Positions 1 through 9,797 of a stretch of DNA of 64,000 nucleotides are shown piece by piece. Position 1 is the first letter of the stretch. Every line of letters starts with the position of its first letter. The notes under the pieces are model-generated. The model was not told where the DNA came from. It saw only the letters and a list, made by a program, of their open reading frames with translations, and searched no databases. Where the stretch lies: contig JAILCC010000019.1 of the NCBI GenBank assembly GCA_024680555.1, positions 166,049-230,048 on the forward strand, read 5' to 3'. Source of the stretch: a bacterium (GTDB lineage: Bacteria > Cyanobacteriota > Vampirovibrionia > Gastranaerophilales > JAILCC01). A program made the translations under genes and the position numbers.

Positions 1-1
1 A

Positions 2-520
2 TATCACGCAATGGCAACCTCGGAAGGCGTTCTTGCACATACCTTTAACATGTATTTTAAAAGCGTTTGGCTTAACGGAGAAAAAATCGGAGAAGCCAAA
101 TTAAACGGAATTTATGCCGCAACCATTGGCGTTCCGATAGTTTTAGCTACCGGCGACAACATATTCGAAGAAGAAATTAAAAAATCTATAGGCAATATCA
201 AAACCGTTCAAACAAAAACAGCCGTTTCCAATACCGCCGCCATTTGCAAAGAAAGCAAAAAACTTTATGACGAATTGGAAAAAGCGGGAAAAAATATAAA
301 AAAACAAGAAAAATTTTCTTATAAACTATCAGATAACTATGAAATGAAAGTTGAATTAGAAAGTGAAAGCATGGCAAAAGAAGTTGCCAAAGAAGTAAGC
401 ATAAAAGCGGATGGAAGCTTTCTTCTTTTTAATTCAGCTGATTACACTGAAATTTATACGACACTTCAAAAAATATCTGCCGCCGTTACTTTACGTAAAA
501 GCCAAAACCAACAGGTCTGA
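2..520 (+). CDS. Peptidase M55 / D-aminopeptidase DppA-like protein, C-terminal fragment (5' end outside window)
   Basis: Reading frame is open from base 2. The translation YHAMATSEGVLAHTF...GVPIVLATGD resembles the conserved core of DppA-type M55 peptidases. Stop at 518-520. Confidence 0.5.
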   Translation, partial: YHAMATSEGVLAHTFNMYFKSVWLNGEKIGEAKLNGIYAATIGVPIVLATGDNIFEEEIKKSIGNIKTVQTKTAVSNTAAICKESKKLYDELEKAGKNIKKQEKFSYKLSDNYEMKVELESESMAKEVAKEVSIKADGSFLLFNSADYTEIYTTLQKISAAVTLRKSQNQQV

Positions 521-1019
521 ACTGTTCAAGATTACTCTTTAGTTCATAATTTTCTTTAGTCATCTGATTAAGTTTTATTCTGAGATTTTCGTTTTCTGTT
601 TTAACTTGAATAAGCTCAACCACAACCTCATCGAGTCCTTCAAGTTTAGACTCCAAAGTTGTTTGCATCTTGTCAATGAGTTTATCTTGAGATGACATCA
701 TTGTTTCAAACATTTTTTTGAATTCCTGAACAATCATCATTGCCGTATTATCTTGAGCGGGTTGAGTTACAGGAACTTGTTGCGGCACATATCTTGTATC
801 AATTTCATTATATTGAGAAGACTGCATGTGCAAATCTTTCATGCGTTTTAAAAACTCCACATCTTCCCTCATAAAAAATGCTTTGCCTGTTCTTTTATCT
901 CTCTTTGGGAATACTTTCAACTGTTTACATAAATCTTTAATTTCAGAATTGTCTGTATTTAAAATACGTTTTACATCTCCTGCCGCGATGATACCATGTC
1001 TTTCTTGCAAAGTTTCCAA
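486..1019 (-). CDS. HTH (MerR-like) plus coiled-coil protein, function unknown
   Basis: 177-aa ORF with an apparent TTG start preceded by GGGAG. The N-terminus (GDVKRILNTDNSEIKDLCKQLKVFPKRDKRTGKAFFMREDVEFL) looks like a MerR-type HTH. The C-terminal half is heptad-rich. It overlaps the convergent dppA-like gene by 35 nt. Confidence 0.4.
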   Translation of the reverse strand: METLQERHGIIAAGDVKRILNTDNSEIKDLCKQLKVFPKRDKRTGKAFFMREDVEFLKRMKDLHMQSSQYNEIDTRYVPQQVPVTQPAQDNTAMMIVQEFKKMFETMMSSQDKLIDKMQTTLESKLEGLDEVVVELIQVKTENENLRIKLNQMTKENYELKSNLEQFRPVGFGFYVK

Positions 1020-1198
1020 AGCCTTTACTCCCTAATATGTGCGAATTTAATAAAATTATAGATTATAATTTTGGGCTCGTCCATTATGTTAATATTTCTT
1101 TACTTTCTTCACATACCCAAATCAAACACCAAAAATTTTGAAGAAATGCGTTTTTGTGATTAAATAAAGTAAAGATAGTGACGAAGAAAGGGTAAACC

Positions 1199-2473
1199 AT
1201 GAAGCAGACAGTAAAAGTCGGATTATTAGGTTTAGGTACCGTAGGCGGCGGGGTATATAAAGTTTTAAGAAACAATCCGGATGTTGAAATTGTAAAAATC
1301 GCCGTAAAAGATAAAAATGAAGTTCAGGAAATTGAGGGCTTGGACAAAGACCTCTTGACGGAAGATGCCAAAATCATAGTAACCAATCCCGATGTAGATA
1401 TAATTATAGAAGTTATCGGCGGAACCGGTGCCGCTTATGAATTTATCAGAATCGCTCTTGAAAACGGCAAACATGTAGTTACCGCAAACAAGGAACTTAT
1501 TGCAAAAAGAGGCGAAGAACTTTTTGAAATAGCTCGTGCAAACAATGTTCTTCTTCTATTTGAAGCAGCTGTAGGCGGCGGTATTCCTATTATTATGCCT
1601 ATGAAAATGTCTTTAGCGGCAAACAAGTTTGAACGTCTTGCGGGTATTTTAAACGGCACAACAAACTACATTTTGACAAAAATGGACCAAGATAACGCAG
1701 ACTACCAAGTTGTTTTAAAGGAAGCACAAGAACTCGGTTATGCGGAAGCTAACCCCGATGGAGATGTTCTCGGTTTTGATGCCGCATATAAGATTGCCAT
1801 TCTTGCTTCTATTGCATTTAAAAAGAAAATCAATCAGGAAGATATATACAGAGAAGGCATAAATGAATTAAGCCCGATAGAATTTAAGTATGCAAACGAT
1901 TTCGGATACAAGATAAAGTTAATTGCCCTCGCACAAGATGTTAACGGCAAGCTTGACGTCAGGGTTCACCCTATGCTTGTATCTACAAAACAACCGCTTG
2001 CCCACATAAACAACGTAACAAATTCTCTCGTAATTCAGGCACATCCTGTCAATCAAATTATGCTGACAGGTCCGGGAGCAGGAGAAATGCCTACGGCAAG
2101 CTCTGTTTGCGCAGATGTTCTTGCTATTGTGAGTGAAATTCACACAACGAATAACCTTCTTCCCGAAATGAGAAGCAATAATACGGAAACTGCCGAAATT
2201 ATTCCTATAGAAGAAACTGTTAATAAATATTTTGTAAGAATTGATGCAGATGATACTCCGGGTGTTATCGGCGCAATAGGAAATATTTGCAGCAAATTCG
2301 GCATAAACCTGAACTACATTATTCAAAAAGATGTCAGCGAAACTGGTCTTGCCACGATTGTTATTCTAACAGGCAAAACGCAGGAAAAATCACTTATAGC
2401 CGCATTAAACGAAATCAACGGACTTAGTGCAATAAAAGAAATTCACAAAGTAATTAGAGTAATGGAGTTATAA
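1199..2473 (+). CDS. hom: Homoserine dehydrogenase with C-terminal ACT domain
   Basis: N-terminal NAD-binding [13 protein letters not shown], conserved core ([17 protein letters not shown]) and an ACT-like tail ([18 protein letters not shown]). RBS AGAAAGGG lies upstream. It is followed 3 nt later by thrC. Confidence 0.9.
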   Translation: MKQTVKVGLLGLGTVGGGVYKVLRNNPDVEIVKIAVKDKNEVQEIEGLDKDLLTEDAKIIVTNPDVDIIIEVIGGTGAAYEFIRIALENGKHVVTANKELIAKRGEELFEIARANNVLLLFEAAVGGGIPIIMPMKMSLAANKFERLAGILNGTTNYILTKMDQDNADYQVVLKEAQELGYAEANPDGDVLGFDAAYKIAILASIAFKKKINQEDIYREGINELSPIEFKYANDFGYKIKLIALAQDVNGKLDVRVHPMLVSTKQPLAHINNVTNSLVIQAHPVNQIMLTGPGAGEMPTASSVCADVLAIVSEIHTTNNLLPEMRSNNTETAEIIPIEETVNKYFVRIDADDTPGVIGAIGNICSKFGINLNYIIQKDVSETGLATIVILTGKTQEKSLIAALNEINGLSAIKEIHKVIRVMEL

Positions 2474-2475
2474 TC

Positions 2476-3546
2476 ATGGGAAGATGTGAAAAATATACAG
2501 GTCTTATTAACAGATACAGAGAATTTCTGCCGGTAACGGAAGCTACTCCGGTTGTGACTTTAAACGAAGGCAACACACCATTTATTCACGCCAAAAACCT
2601 TGCCAAAGCACTCGGAATAAATGCAAACATTTATTTGAAATTTGACGGTGCAAACCCGACAGGCAGCTTTAAAGACAGAGGTATGACGATGGCGGTATCA
2701 AAAGCCAAAGAAGAGGGTGCAACTGCCATCATCTGCGCAAGCACAGGAAATACAAGTGCATCCGCAGCAGCTTACGGTGCAAAAGCAGGTTTAAAAACAT
2801 ACATCGTAATTCCTGACGGTTACATTGCACTGGGCAAACTTTCCCAAGCAATGATGTACGGTGCGGAAGTTATCGCAATAGACGGAAATTTTGATGAGGC
2901 ACTTGAAATCGTAAGAAAAATTGCAGATGAATATCCGGTAAAATTGGTTAACTCCGTTAACCCATTCAGAATTGAGGGACAAAAAACTTCGGCATTTGAA
3001 ATCTGCGACGTACTCGGAAAAGCACCGGACTATCTTTGCATCCCAGTCGGAAATGCAGGTAACATCACAGCTTATTGGAAAGGTTTTAAAGAATATTTTG
3101 ATAAAGGTGTTGTTGCCAATAAACCTAAAATGTACGGTTTTGAAGCACTCGGTGCTGCCGCAATTGTTAAAGGCGAAAGAATTCTTCACCCCGAAACAAT
3201 TGCAACTGCAATAAGAATAGGCAATCCCGCAAGTTGGGAAAAAGCAGAAGCAGCCAGAGATGAATCAGGCGGCATAATTGACTGCGTAACTGATGAAGAA
3301 ATTATTGACGCATACAGAACAATGGCTCGTACGGAGGGTATACTTGCCGAACCTGCCAGCGCAGCATCAGTAGCCGGACTATATAAATCATATAAAGCAG
3401 GAAAAATTCAGGAAGGTTCAACTATCGCCTGTGTTCTTACCGGCAACGGCTTAAAAGATCCCGATTCTGCAATTAAATATTCAAATACACCTGTTAAAAA
3501 AGTTAAAACAGACCTCAAAGCCATTGCGGAAATTTTGAATTTTTAA
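2476..3546 (+). CDS. thrC: Threonine synthase
   Basis: PLP-lysine motif [10 protein letters not shown], the typical N-terminus (YREFLPV...VTLNEGNTP) and GNAGN loop. Adjacent to hom. Confidence 0.9.
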   Translation: MGRCEKYTGLINRYREFLPVTEATPVVTLNEGNTPFIHAKNLAKALGINANIYLKFDGANPTGSFKDRGMTMAVSKAKEEGATAIICASTGNTSASAAAYGAKAGLKTYIVIPDGYIALGKLSQAMMYGAEVIAIDGNFDEALEIVRKIADEYPVKLVNSVNPFRIEGQKTSAFEICDVLGKAPDYLCIPVGNAGNITAYWKGFKEYFDKGVVANKPKMYGFEALGAAAIVKGERILHPETIATAIRIGNPASWEKAEAARDESGGIIDCVTDEEIIDAYRTMARTEGILAEPASAASVAGLYKSYKAGKIQEGSTIACVLTGNGLKDPDSAIKYSNTPVKKVKTDLKAIAEILNF

Positions 3547-3574
3547 TTTGAATTCTACATTTGAATAAAAAAAG

Positions 3575-3609
3575 GAAAGTCGGTTAATTATAATCGGCTT
3601 TCGTTTTTA
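3575..3609 (+). terminator. Rho-independent terminator after hom-thrC
   Basis: Stem of about 11 bp (gaaagtcggtt / aatcggctttc, two G-U pairs) with an 8-nt loop, followed by gTTTTT. Confidence 0.6.
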
Positions 3610-3663
3610 TCTCAACAATTTTACGTATTTACCTGAAATTAAAACTACTGTTATAATTTCGTT

Positions 3664-4305
3664 ATGAGCTCAGGAATAGCAAAAATTTTAATAGTTGACG
3701 ACAATCCGCAGTATTTGGCAGATATTCTGCCATCATTCGGATACGAGGTGCAAGTAGCGCATGACGGCTTGCAGGCATTACAGGTTTTGACAAATAAAGA
3801 TAATGATATAGATTTGGTTTTGTTGGATGTAATGATGCCCCACCTTGACGGCTTTGAAACTCTAAAAATTATCAGAAACAAAGAGCATCTGGAAACATTA
3901 CCGATTATAATGCTGACAGCGGTGGATTCCGAACAAAACCAAATTTCCGGACTAAAATTCGGTGCTGATGACTATATCGTAAAACCATTTTCTTTACCAA
4001 ATTTATTGGCAAGAATTGAAGCTATATTGCGCAGAGTAAAGATTGCACAAAAAACAATTGCAAATCATGCAAAATCTGTTAATATTCATGTTAGCAATGA
4101 AAATCCGATTGTGCCTCTGACTCAAAGAGAAAAAGAAATACTGTCTTGTGTGGCGCAAGGGGACAACAATGCAGCTATTTCCGAAAAGCTTTTTGTTCGG
4201 GAAGTAACGGTAAAAACGCACCTGAACAAAATATTTAAAAAACTGAACGTAACAAACAGAACGCAGGCGGTGCTTGTGGCAATGCAGATGAACATTTTAC
4301 AATAA
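3664..4305 (+). CDS. Response regulator, REC domain plus LuxR/NarL-type HTH
   Basis: REC motifs (ILIVDDN, LVLLDVMMPHLDG, KPF). C-terminal LuxR HTH (LTQREKEILSCVAQGDNNAAISEKLFVREVTVKTHLNKIFKKL). No cognate histidine kinase is adjacent. Confidence 0.85.
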   Translation: MSSGIAKILIVDDNPQYLADILPSFGYEVQVAHDGLQALQVLTNKDNDIDLVLLDVMMPHLDGFETLKIIRNKEHLETLPIIMLTAVDSEQNQISGLKFGADDYIVKPFSLPNLLARIEAILRRVKIAQKTIANHAKSVNIHVSNENPIVPLTQREKEILSCVAQGDNNAAISEKLFVREVTVKTHLNKIFKKLNVTNRTQAVLVAMQMNILQ

Positions 4306-4315
4306 GGATATAACT

Positions 4316-4834
4316 ATGGCGGAAAATTTATTTGATTTATTGAAAAAAGGCGAAGTTGAAGAATTTAACTCAGAAGTTGCAAGTTTTGATGAAGATTTGA
4401 CAGAAAGCGATTTTTCAGGACTTGAAACAGACGGCGCAAGTTTCAAAGAACATGACTTGTCCGGATCAGACTTTTCTGAAGCAAATCTTTCCAACGTAAG
4501 TTTTGAAGGCTGCGACCTTACAGGAGCTACATTTGCAAGAGCAGAACTTTCCGGAGTAGCCTTTAACGGTGCGGTTTTAAATGGAACAAAGTTTAATAAT
4601 TCAAATATTGCGTACTGCGATTTCACAGATGCAGACTTGTCCGGCGCTGATTTTTCGGAAGCAGACCTATCCGAATCGGATTTGAGCTTGTCATTAAATC
4701 TTAACCAATGCTCTTTTGACAAATTTACCGTTTGGCCCGACACAGACAAACTTCCGGCTGATTTTGACGGCGACTATCAGGAAGACCTTGCCTCACTTAA
4801 TGATGAAGAAAATGAAAGTCAGCAAGATTATTAG
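4316..4834 (+). CDS. Pentapeptide-repeat protein with acidic tail
   Basis: Continuous A(D/N)LxX pentapeptide periodicity (DLSGSDFSEANLSNVSFEGCDLTGATFARAELSGVAFNGAVLNG...). Confidence 0.85.
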   Translation: MAENLFDLLKKGEVEEFNSEVASFDEDLTESDFSGLETDGASFKEHDLSGSDFSEANLSNVSFEGCDLTGATFARAELSGVAFNGAVLNGTKFNNSNIAYCDFTDADLSGADFSEADLSESDLSLSLNLNQCSFDKFTVWPDTDKLPADFDGDYQEDLASLNDEENESQQDY

Positions 4835-4836
4835 CC

Positions 4837-5463
4837 ATGATTAAACTTGCGGTTTTTGATTTTGATTCTACGCTGATGGATGGCGAAACACTTGAACAAT
4901 TTGCTCAAGACAGCGTTTTGCGCCAAAAATTAAAAGCCATAACCGATAGTGCAATGAGGGGCGAATTAGATTTTTTTGAAAGTCTTACTCAGCGCTGCGC
5001 ATATCTAAAAGGAACACCTGCCTCATACATTGATGAAGTTTCTTCAAAACTTCCTTATATGAACGGCGCAAAAGAACTTATTGCCGAATTAAAAAGTCGA
5101 AACATAAAAACAGTATGCTTTTCCGGCGGCTTTGACATTGCACTTGAGTATGCTAAAAAGGAGCTTGGCTTTGATGCATATTTCGGAAATTTTCTTCACG
5201 AAAAAGACGGATATCTTACCGGTCTTGTCGGCGGAGATATGATGACCTCCGACAGTAAAGGAACTATGCTGAAAAAACTCCAAGATATTATGGGGGTTAC
5301 AAAAGAAGAAACCATGGCGGTCGGTGACGGAGCAAATGACCTCAGCATGTTTAAATATGCAGGGATAAGAGTTGCCTTTTGCGCAAAAGAAGTTCTGAAA
5401 AAAGAAGCTACAATAATAATTGAGAACAAAGATTTAAGAGAAATTTTACCACAAATTGATTAA
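4837..5463 (+). CDS. serB: Phosphoserine phosphatase (HAD superfamily)
   Basis: HAD motif I VFDFDSTL, motif II (SGG) and motif IV GDGANDL. Length and layout are typical of short SerB. Confidence 0.8.
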   Translation: MIKLAVFDFDSTLMDGETLEQFAQDSVLRQKLKAITDSAMRGELDFFESLTQRCAYLKGTPASYIDEVSSKLPYMNGAKELIAELKSRNIKTVCFSGGFDIALEYAKKELGFDAYFGNFLHEKDGYLTGLVGGDMMTSDSKGTMLKKLQDIMGVTKEETMAVGDGANDLSMFKYAGIRVAFCAKEVLKKEATIIIENKDLREILPQID

Positions 5464-5510
5464 CCTCGTAATCTTTTTGTACATTTGACATCCGCCCGTT
5501 AAGTCGTACC

Positions 5511-6842
5511 ATGAAGTTGATTATGGACGTAAAAAATGTTACAGGGAATGAGATAAAAAGGCAGAAGAGTTTTGGTTCTTTATATAATGCCACTGCGTAT
5601 GTCCAAGACCACACTCTGATAAACAGGGGGATAACAACCCTTGGGGGAAGCACACTGCCTCAATGTATCATGTCAAACAATAAATATGAAGCACAAGAGC
5701 GTGCACTTATGGGCGGAATATATTTTGTGGCATCATATTTAACGCCGATACTCCTTATTCCTCTATACAATAAACACTTTTTAAAAAACAAAGGTATAAT
5801 AAAAAGCCTTGACGATATTGGCAAAAGAATAATTCTTGTCTCTAAAAAATACCTTACTCCATCAGCAGATTTAAAAAAAGGAATGCAAGAACTCGCACAA
5901 AAATTTGATGCAAAAGATGGCAGCAACAGAACTACTGAGGCATTTAAAGAAATTTATCAACGCTACAACAATCCCGTAAAATTAAAAAAAGACCTGCTGT
6001 CCGTCCACGAAAAAATACTTGCTACCGACTTTATAACAACCGCCGCTATGTGGTCGCTTATACCTTGGATTGCAACGGAAAGTACAGAAAAAAGGACAAA
6101 ACGCAGAGATTTTTCCGCAGGGTTTAATTTAAAAACAGATACTCAAAATAAAGAAAAATCTTCAAAAATCTCAAAAATTTTGTGGAATATAGCCTTTGTA
6201 ACCATTCCCGGACTTATTTTTGCAAATGCCGTAACAAAGGGGCTCAGCAGAAATCCTGTCGAAAAAGCAAAGGGACTTGGCGCAAAAATACTGAACCATA
6301 TTGCAAAAAACCCACAAAATTTTGACTATGCATCAGGCACAAATATGTCCAAAACGATTTATGCCGCAATTTGGGTGATGTCGAGCTTCCCTGCCAAAAT
6401 CATATCCTCTCGTGATGCAAATGAAAGAAAAGACAGAACGCTCAGAGATATCGGGCTATTTACAATGTTTTTCGGCGGAGATTTTCTCATAGGCAATATT
6501 GCAGGAAGACTCTGCGACAAGTTTCTGGGTACACAAATTATGGACAGAAAAGCAGGAGAAAACAACGGATTTTTCAAGAATTTCGGGCTCAAGCTCAAAA
6601 ACTTTAGAAAACTTGATGAAGCAAAAAACCTTGCCCCAAATGTACTAAAGAAAACAAAAACAATAGGTGCAGGATTGTATTGGTTCTCCCTTTTGGCAAA
6701 CACCGCCCTTATCGGCTTTATGCTCCCGAAATTATTAAACAAATTTTTACGATACAACATTAACAAAGAAAACTCCTCTCCCCCGCAAACGGAAAAAGTT
6801 TCGCTTGAAGAATTTATGAAAACGACTAGACATAAAGTATAA
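5511..6842 (+). CDS. Hypothetical multi-pass membrane protein
   Basis: 443-aa ORF with several hydrophobic segments and no recognisable catalytic motif. Start is uncertain (5511 or 5523). Architecture loosely resembles the ORF at 60506-61540. Confidence 0.6.
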   Translation: MKLIMDVKNVTGNEIKRQKSFGSLYNATAYVQDHTLINRGITTLGGSTLPQCIMSNNKYEAQERALMGGIYFVASYLTPILLIPLYNKHFLKNKGIIKSLDDIGKRIILVSKKYLTPSADLKKGMQELAQKFDAKDGSNRTTEAFKEIYQRYNNPVKLKKDLLSVHEKILATDFITTAAMWSLIPWIATESTEKRTKRRDFSAGFNLKTDTQNKEKSSKISKILWNIAFVTIPGLIFANAVTKGLSRNPVEKAKGLGAKILNHIAKNPQNFDYASGTNMSKTIYAAIWVMSSFPAKIISSRDANERKDRTLRDIGLFTMFFGGDFLIGNIAGRLCDKFLGTQIMDRKAGENNGFFKNFGLKLKNFRKLDEAKNLAPNVLKKTKTIGAGLYWFSLLANTALIGFMLPKLLNKFLRYNINKENSSPPQTEKVSLEEFMKTTRHKV

Positions 6843-6902
6843 CTCCTCTCCTGCCACTTATGTATATTCGTTGTATAATTATTGCATTGAAAGGTAATTA
6901 TT

Positions 6903-8033
6903 ATGTCAAACCTAAGACAACAGCCATACGTTCAAACCAGACGTGATGCGTGGGTGGAAATAAATCTCGGTAATATCGAAAAAAATTTTTTAACCCTAAA
7001 AAAATATGCCAAGCCTAATACTGAAATATATGCAATAATCAAAGCCGACGCATACGGACACAATTCTATAATGGTTGCGCCTCCGCTCATAGCTTCTGGG
7101 GTAAATGCTTTTGGAGTTGCCTCGGTGGATGAAGGCATTGAACTTCGCAAAAGCGGCTGCGATATACCCATCTTAGTTCTCGGCACAGTTCCGACATGGT
7201 CATTTATTGCTGCGGCGCAAAATGACATTACCCTTTCAGTATTCACACAAGACCACATAAATGCAGCTATCCAAGCCTATGAACATTTAAAAAAGCCGAT
7301 AAAAGTACAGGTGAAAATTGACACAGGTATGAACAGAATAGGCTTATACTACAAAGATGCACCTGCATTTATAGAACAAATATTGGGTATAAAAGAAATT
7401 GAACTTTGCGGAATATTCAGCCATCTTGCATGTGCAGAAGACAGGGATATCACAAAAATGCAGGTTGAGCGTTTCAAATTTGTTCAGGAAAAATTTCCGA
7501 ACATCAAAGCGCATATACTAAATACCGCAGGAATAATAAGCTATCCCGATTTGCAGTTTGATGCAATGCGTGCGGGGATAGGAATTTACGGACTCATGCC
7601 CGATTTACCGGACGGCGCAAAAGCCCCGATACTTTATCCCGCAATGAGCCTAAAAGGAAGGATAGGATACCTTAAAGAGGTAGAAGAAAATGAAGGCGTA
7701 AGTTACTCTTACAAATACAAAACTTCAAAAACCACCAAAATAGCTACAGTTCCGATTGGATATGCTGACGGAGTTCCAAGAGCATTGTCCAACAAGATTT
7801 TCGGCATAATAAACGGCAAAAAAGTTCCCCAAATAGGCAACATCACTATGGACCAGATGATGTTTGACGTAACAGATGCAGGAAATGTCGGCATTGGAGA
7901 TGTAATTACACTTATCGGCAAAGACGAGAATGAAGAAATTAAAATTGACGAGTGGGCAAACCTGCTCGGAACAATACATTATGAGCTTACTTGCCGATTA
8001 AAAGTACGATTACCGAGAGTATATACAAGATAA
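6903..8033 (+). CDS. alr: Alanine racemase
   Basis: PLP-lysine motif AIIKADAYGHN, plus conserved (M)NRIG and the C-terminal (V)SMDQ-like ITMDQMMFDV. Confidence 0.9.
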   Translation: MSNLRQQPYVQTRRDAWVEINLGNIEKNFLTLKKYAKPNTEIYAIIKADAYGHNSIMVAPPLIASGVNAFGVASVDEGIELRKSGCDIPILVLGTVPTWSFIAAAQNDITLSVFTQDHINAAIQAYEHLKKPIKVQVKIDTGMNRIGLYYKDAPAFIEQILGIKEIELCGIFSHLACAEDRDITKMQVERFKFVQEKFPNIKAHILNTAGIISYPDLQFDAMRAGIGIYGLMPDLPDGAKAPILYPAMSLKGRIGYLKEVEENEGVSYSYKYKTSKTTKIATVPIGYADGVPRALSNKIFGIINGKKVPQIGNITMDQMMFDVTDAGNVGIGDVITLIGKDENEEIKIDEWANLLGTIHYELTCRLKVRLPRVYTR

Positions 8034-8132
8034 ATCATATTAGCCTACAGGCTAATAAAAATTCATACCTGCGCCTAATTTTTTTAGGGGCGGATATATT
8101 TTAGTATGATTTTAGAGCATATTTAACCGATA

Positions 8133-8160
8133 CCTGCCCAAAAGAAGGCAGGCTTTTTAT
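8133..8160 (+). terminator. Rho-independent terminator downstream of alr
   Basis: cctgcc-caaaagaa-ggcagg hairpin followed by cTTTTTaTT. Confidence 0.55.
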
Positions 8161-8182
8161 TGCAAATTTTAGGGCAAGTGTG

Positions 8183-8211
8183 TTGAAATATTGCTTTCAT
8201 TATGAGATAAT
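8183..8211 (+). promoter_or_regulatory. Candidate sigma70-type promoter of ssrA
   Basis: TTGAAA, a 17-nt spacer, then GATAAT, ending about 30 nt upstream of the mature tmRNA 5' end. Confidence 0.35.
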
Positions 8212-8240
8212 AAGTGTATGCACTTTTGAAAATTAAATAT

Positions 8241-8629
8241 GGGGATGCTTTGGATTTGACGGGGCGATTGGTGAAATCAAGCTGCGAGTCGGAGCGCTGT
8301 TCTCCGTTATCAACGAGCAAAACTATAAATGGCAACAATGTCAGAAAAGTTGACTTTGCTTCTGCTTATGCATTAGCTGCTTAATTGCGGTCAACCTCTC
8401 GGTATGTCTTACCGGCCGATGTATCGGGACACTTATGCCGGTTGCTCTTAGCCCATAGCAATAAGCTAAGCTAAGATTATTGCCAAAGTCAGGCGTGGCG
8501 CTCAAAACGCTTTGTTATGGCTCAGGTTTATGAGCTTTGACCTTGCCATAATGAGATTAACAAAGTTCTACGCTCGTAGATGCTTGCTTTTGTCCGTTCC
8601 GGACGAGAGTTCGACTCTCTCCATCTCCA
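8241..8629 (+). ncRNA. ssrA: tmRNA (transfer-messenger RNA)
   Basis: The 5' GGGGATG pairs with the 3' CATCTCC, including a G3:U pair, followed by discriminator A. T-arm is gagag-TTCGACT-ctctc. Internal tag ORF at 8331-8384 encodes GNNVRKVDFASAYALAA* with the canonical ALAA end. CCA is not encoded. Confidence 0.92.
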
Positions 8630-8729
8630 TTTTTTTAATGAAAAATTACAAAAATATATAAAGGAGAACTCTGCAAGGCGCAGCCTTGTAATTAGAGTTC
8701 GAGCGGATTTTGCGTAAAATCTGTTGCTT

Positions 8730-9692
8730 TTAATAGTTCTTCAAATTCTCTGCGAGATATTCTTTATATTCCTTTTGAAGTGCTTTTGGAGCAAGGATTT
8801 TACATCCTGCACCCCATTTGAATATGTGCCAGATGATTTCTCTGCTGCCGCTTGCCTTAAACGTCAAAGTATAACTGCCATCTTTTTCAAATTTACCTTT
8901 TTGTGTCGGGTGGAAATCATACCTACTTGCCTCTTGTGCAAGTTCAGGGCCAAATGACAGTTTCACGTTGAGAATTTCACCGTGATAAACACCGAAAGAT
9001 TCATTCGTGTATTCTTGCAAATCAAAATCACCTTTATCAAAAGTTTTTTCAGTTAGTGTAAGATTTTCAAATTTATGAAGTAAATATGTGTATATATCAT
9101 TCCCTTTAGCTTTTTCCCTTGCTATAAGATAAATTTTTTCACCATAAATCATTCCCAAAGGTTCGATAGTTCTTTCTTTATCGTGATATATTCCCTTAAC
9201 AATTTTTGAATGTTGGACAGCCTCTCTTATAACCTCTAATGTATTTAGGCTGATTTTATACTGCGGCATTTGGCGAACTGCATAGCCCTCTGTCTGCATA
9301 TAAAGTTCAATATCGTTTTCTAATTTATTCTTACCTTTGCGGTTGAAAGCTTTTATCTTTTCAACCGTCTTGCCAAGTTCTTCTTTCATTTCTTTGTTAG
9401 TTGTCCTGCGGTGGCATTGTTCAATATTGGCAAGCTCTTTGGGCGTGAAAGTTATGAGTTGAGAAATGGAATAATTTATAAAGCCCCAATGCTTTTGCAT
9501 ATCATCGGTTTCAATTTCATCAACCTGAGGGAAAATGCAAGTCAAACTATCACGCATACGCTCGGCCGTACGGCGTGAAACATTGTATCTCTCTTCAATA
9601 TCCTTGATGGTTACGCCATTTAATTTTGATGACATAAAAATCGCTAAGTCTAAAATATCAGAAACTCTTGAATATCTGGGTTTATCTTGCAT
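8730..9692 (-). CDS. WYL-domain transcriptional regulator (wHTH-WYL-WCX architecture)
   Basis: Start chosen at ATG 9692 (MQDKPRYSRV...), preceded by AAAGGAGG. N-terminal HTH (GVTIKDIEERYNVSRRTAERMRDSL), central WYL-like core (PLGMIYGEKIYLIAR) and C-terminal extension (HPTQK...DGSYTLTF...WGAGCKILAP). Confidence 0.8.
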   Translation of the reverse strand: MQDKPRYSRVSDILDLAIFMSSKLNGVTIKDIEERYNVSRRTAERMRDSLTCIFPQVDEIETDDMQKHWGFINYSISQLITFTPKELANIEQCHRRTTNKEMKEELGKTVEKIKAFNRKGKNKLENDIELYMQTEGYAVRQMPQYKISLNTLEVIREAVQHSKIVKGIYHDKERTIEPLGMIYGEKIYLIAREKAKGNDIYTYLLHKFENLTLTEKTFDKGDFDLQEYTNESFGVYHGEILNVKLSFGPELAQEASRYDFHPTQKGKFEKDGSYTLTFKASGSREIIWHIFKWGAGCKILAPKALQKEYKEYLAENLKNY

Positions 9693-9735
9693 AGCAACCT
9701 CCTTTTTGAATAATTTTAACATTGTTTTTAGCGTA

Positions 9736-9750
9736 TGTCCATTTTTGACG
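9736..9750 (+). promoter_or_regulatory. Dyad motif copy 1, TGTCCATTTTTGACG (TGTC-N7-GAC)
   Basis: Lies in the divergent intergenic region between the WYL regulator (start 9692) and the HNH gene (start 9798). Identical 15-mer recurs at 10489-10503. Confidence 0.55.
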
Positions 9751-9797
9751 CAGGGGTAATTTATTATGATAAGAACAAGTATTGGAAAGATATAATT

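Noticed and set aside
1084-1275. 63-aa minus-strand ORF overlapping the hom start region, plus similar short antisense ORFs listed throughout the track.
   Set aside because: They overlap well-supported genes on the opposite strand or in other frames, and have no RBS and biased composition.
8694-8706. agagttcgagcgg, resembling the tmRNA T-arm (agagttcgactct), as a duplicated att core.
   Set aside because: It forms the 3' arm of a long imperfect hairpin (gaactct...agagttc, about 8672-8706) that looks like the convergent terminator of ssrA and the WYL gene. Similarity to the T-arm is limited to 9 nt.
9745-9770. TTGACG within the dyad motif as a canonical -35 box.
   Set aside because: Spacing to the nearest conserved TAT-rich hexamer is only 11-14 nt in all copies, too short for a standard sigma70 promoter. 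I therefore call it an operator/promoter-associated motif without assigning boxes.
9735-9797. Longer N-terminal extensions of the HNH gene (ATG 9735) and of the SprT-like gene (alternative start 10467), as given in the ORF track.
   Set aside because: The extensions overlap the divergent WYL gene or the terminator hairpin, and the extended SprT start has no visible RBS. Internal ATGs at 9798 and 10551 have better RBS context. The in-frame (M/V)SIFD reading of the dyad motif is kept as an alternative in the findings.
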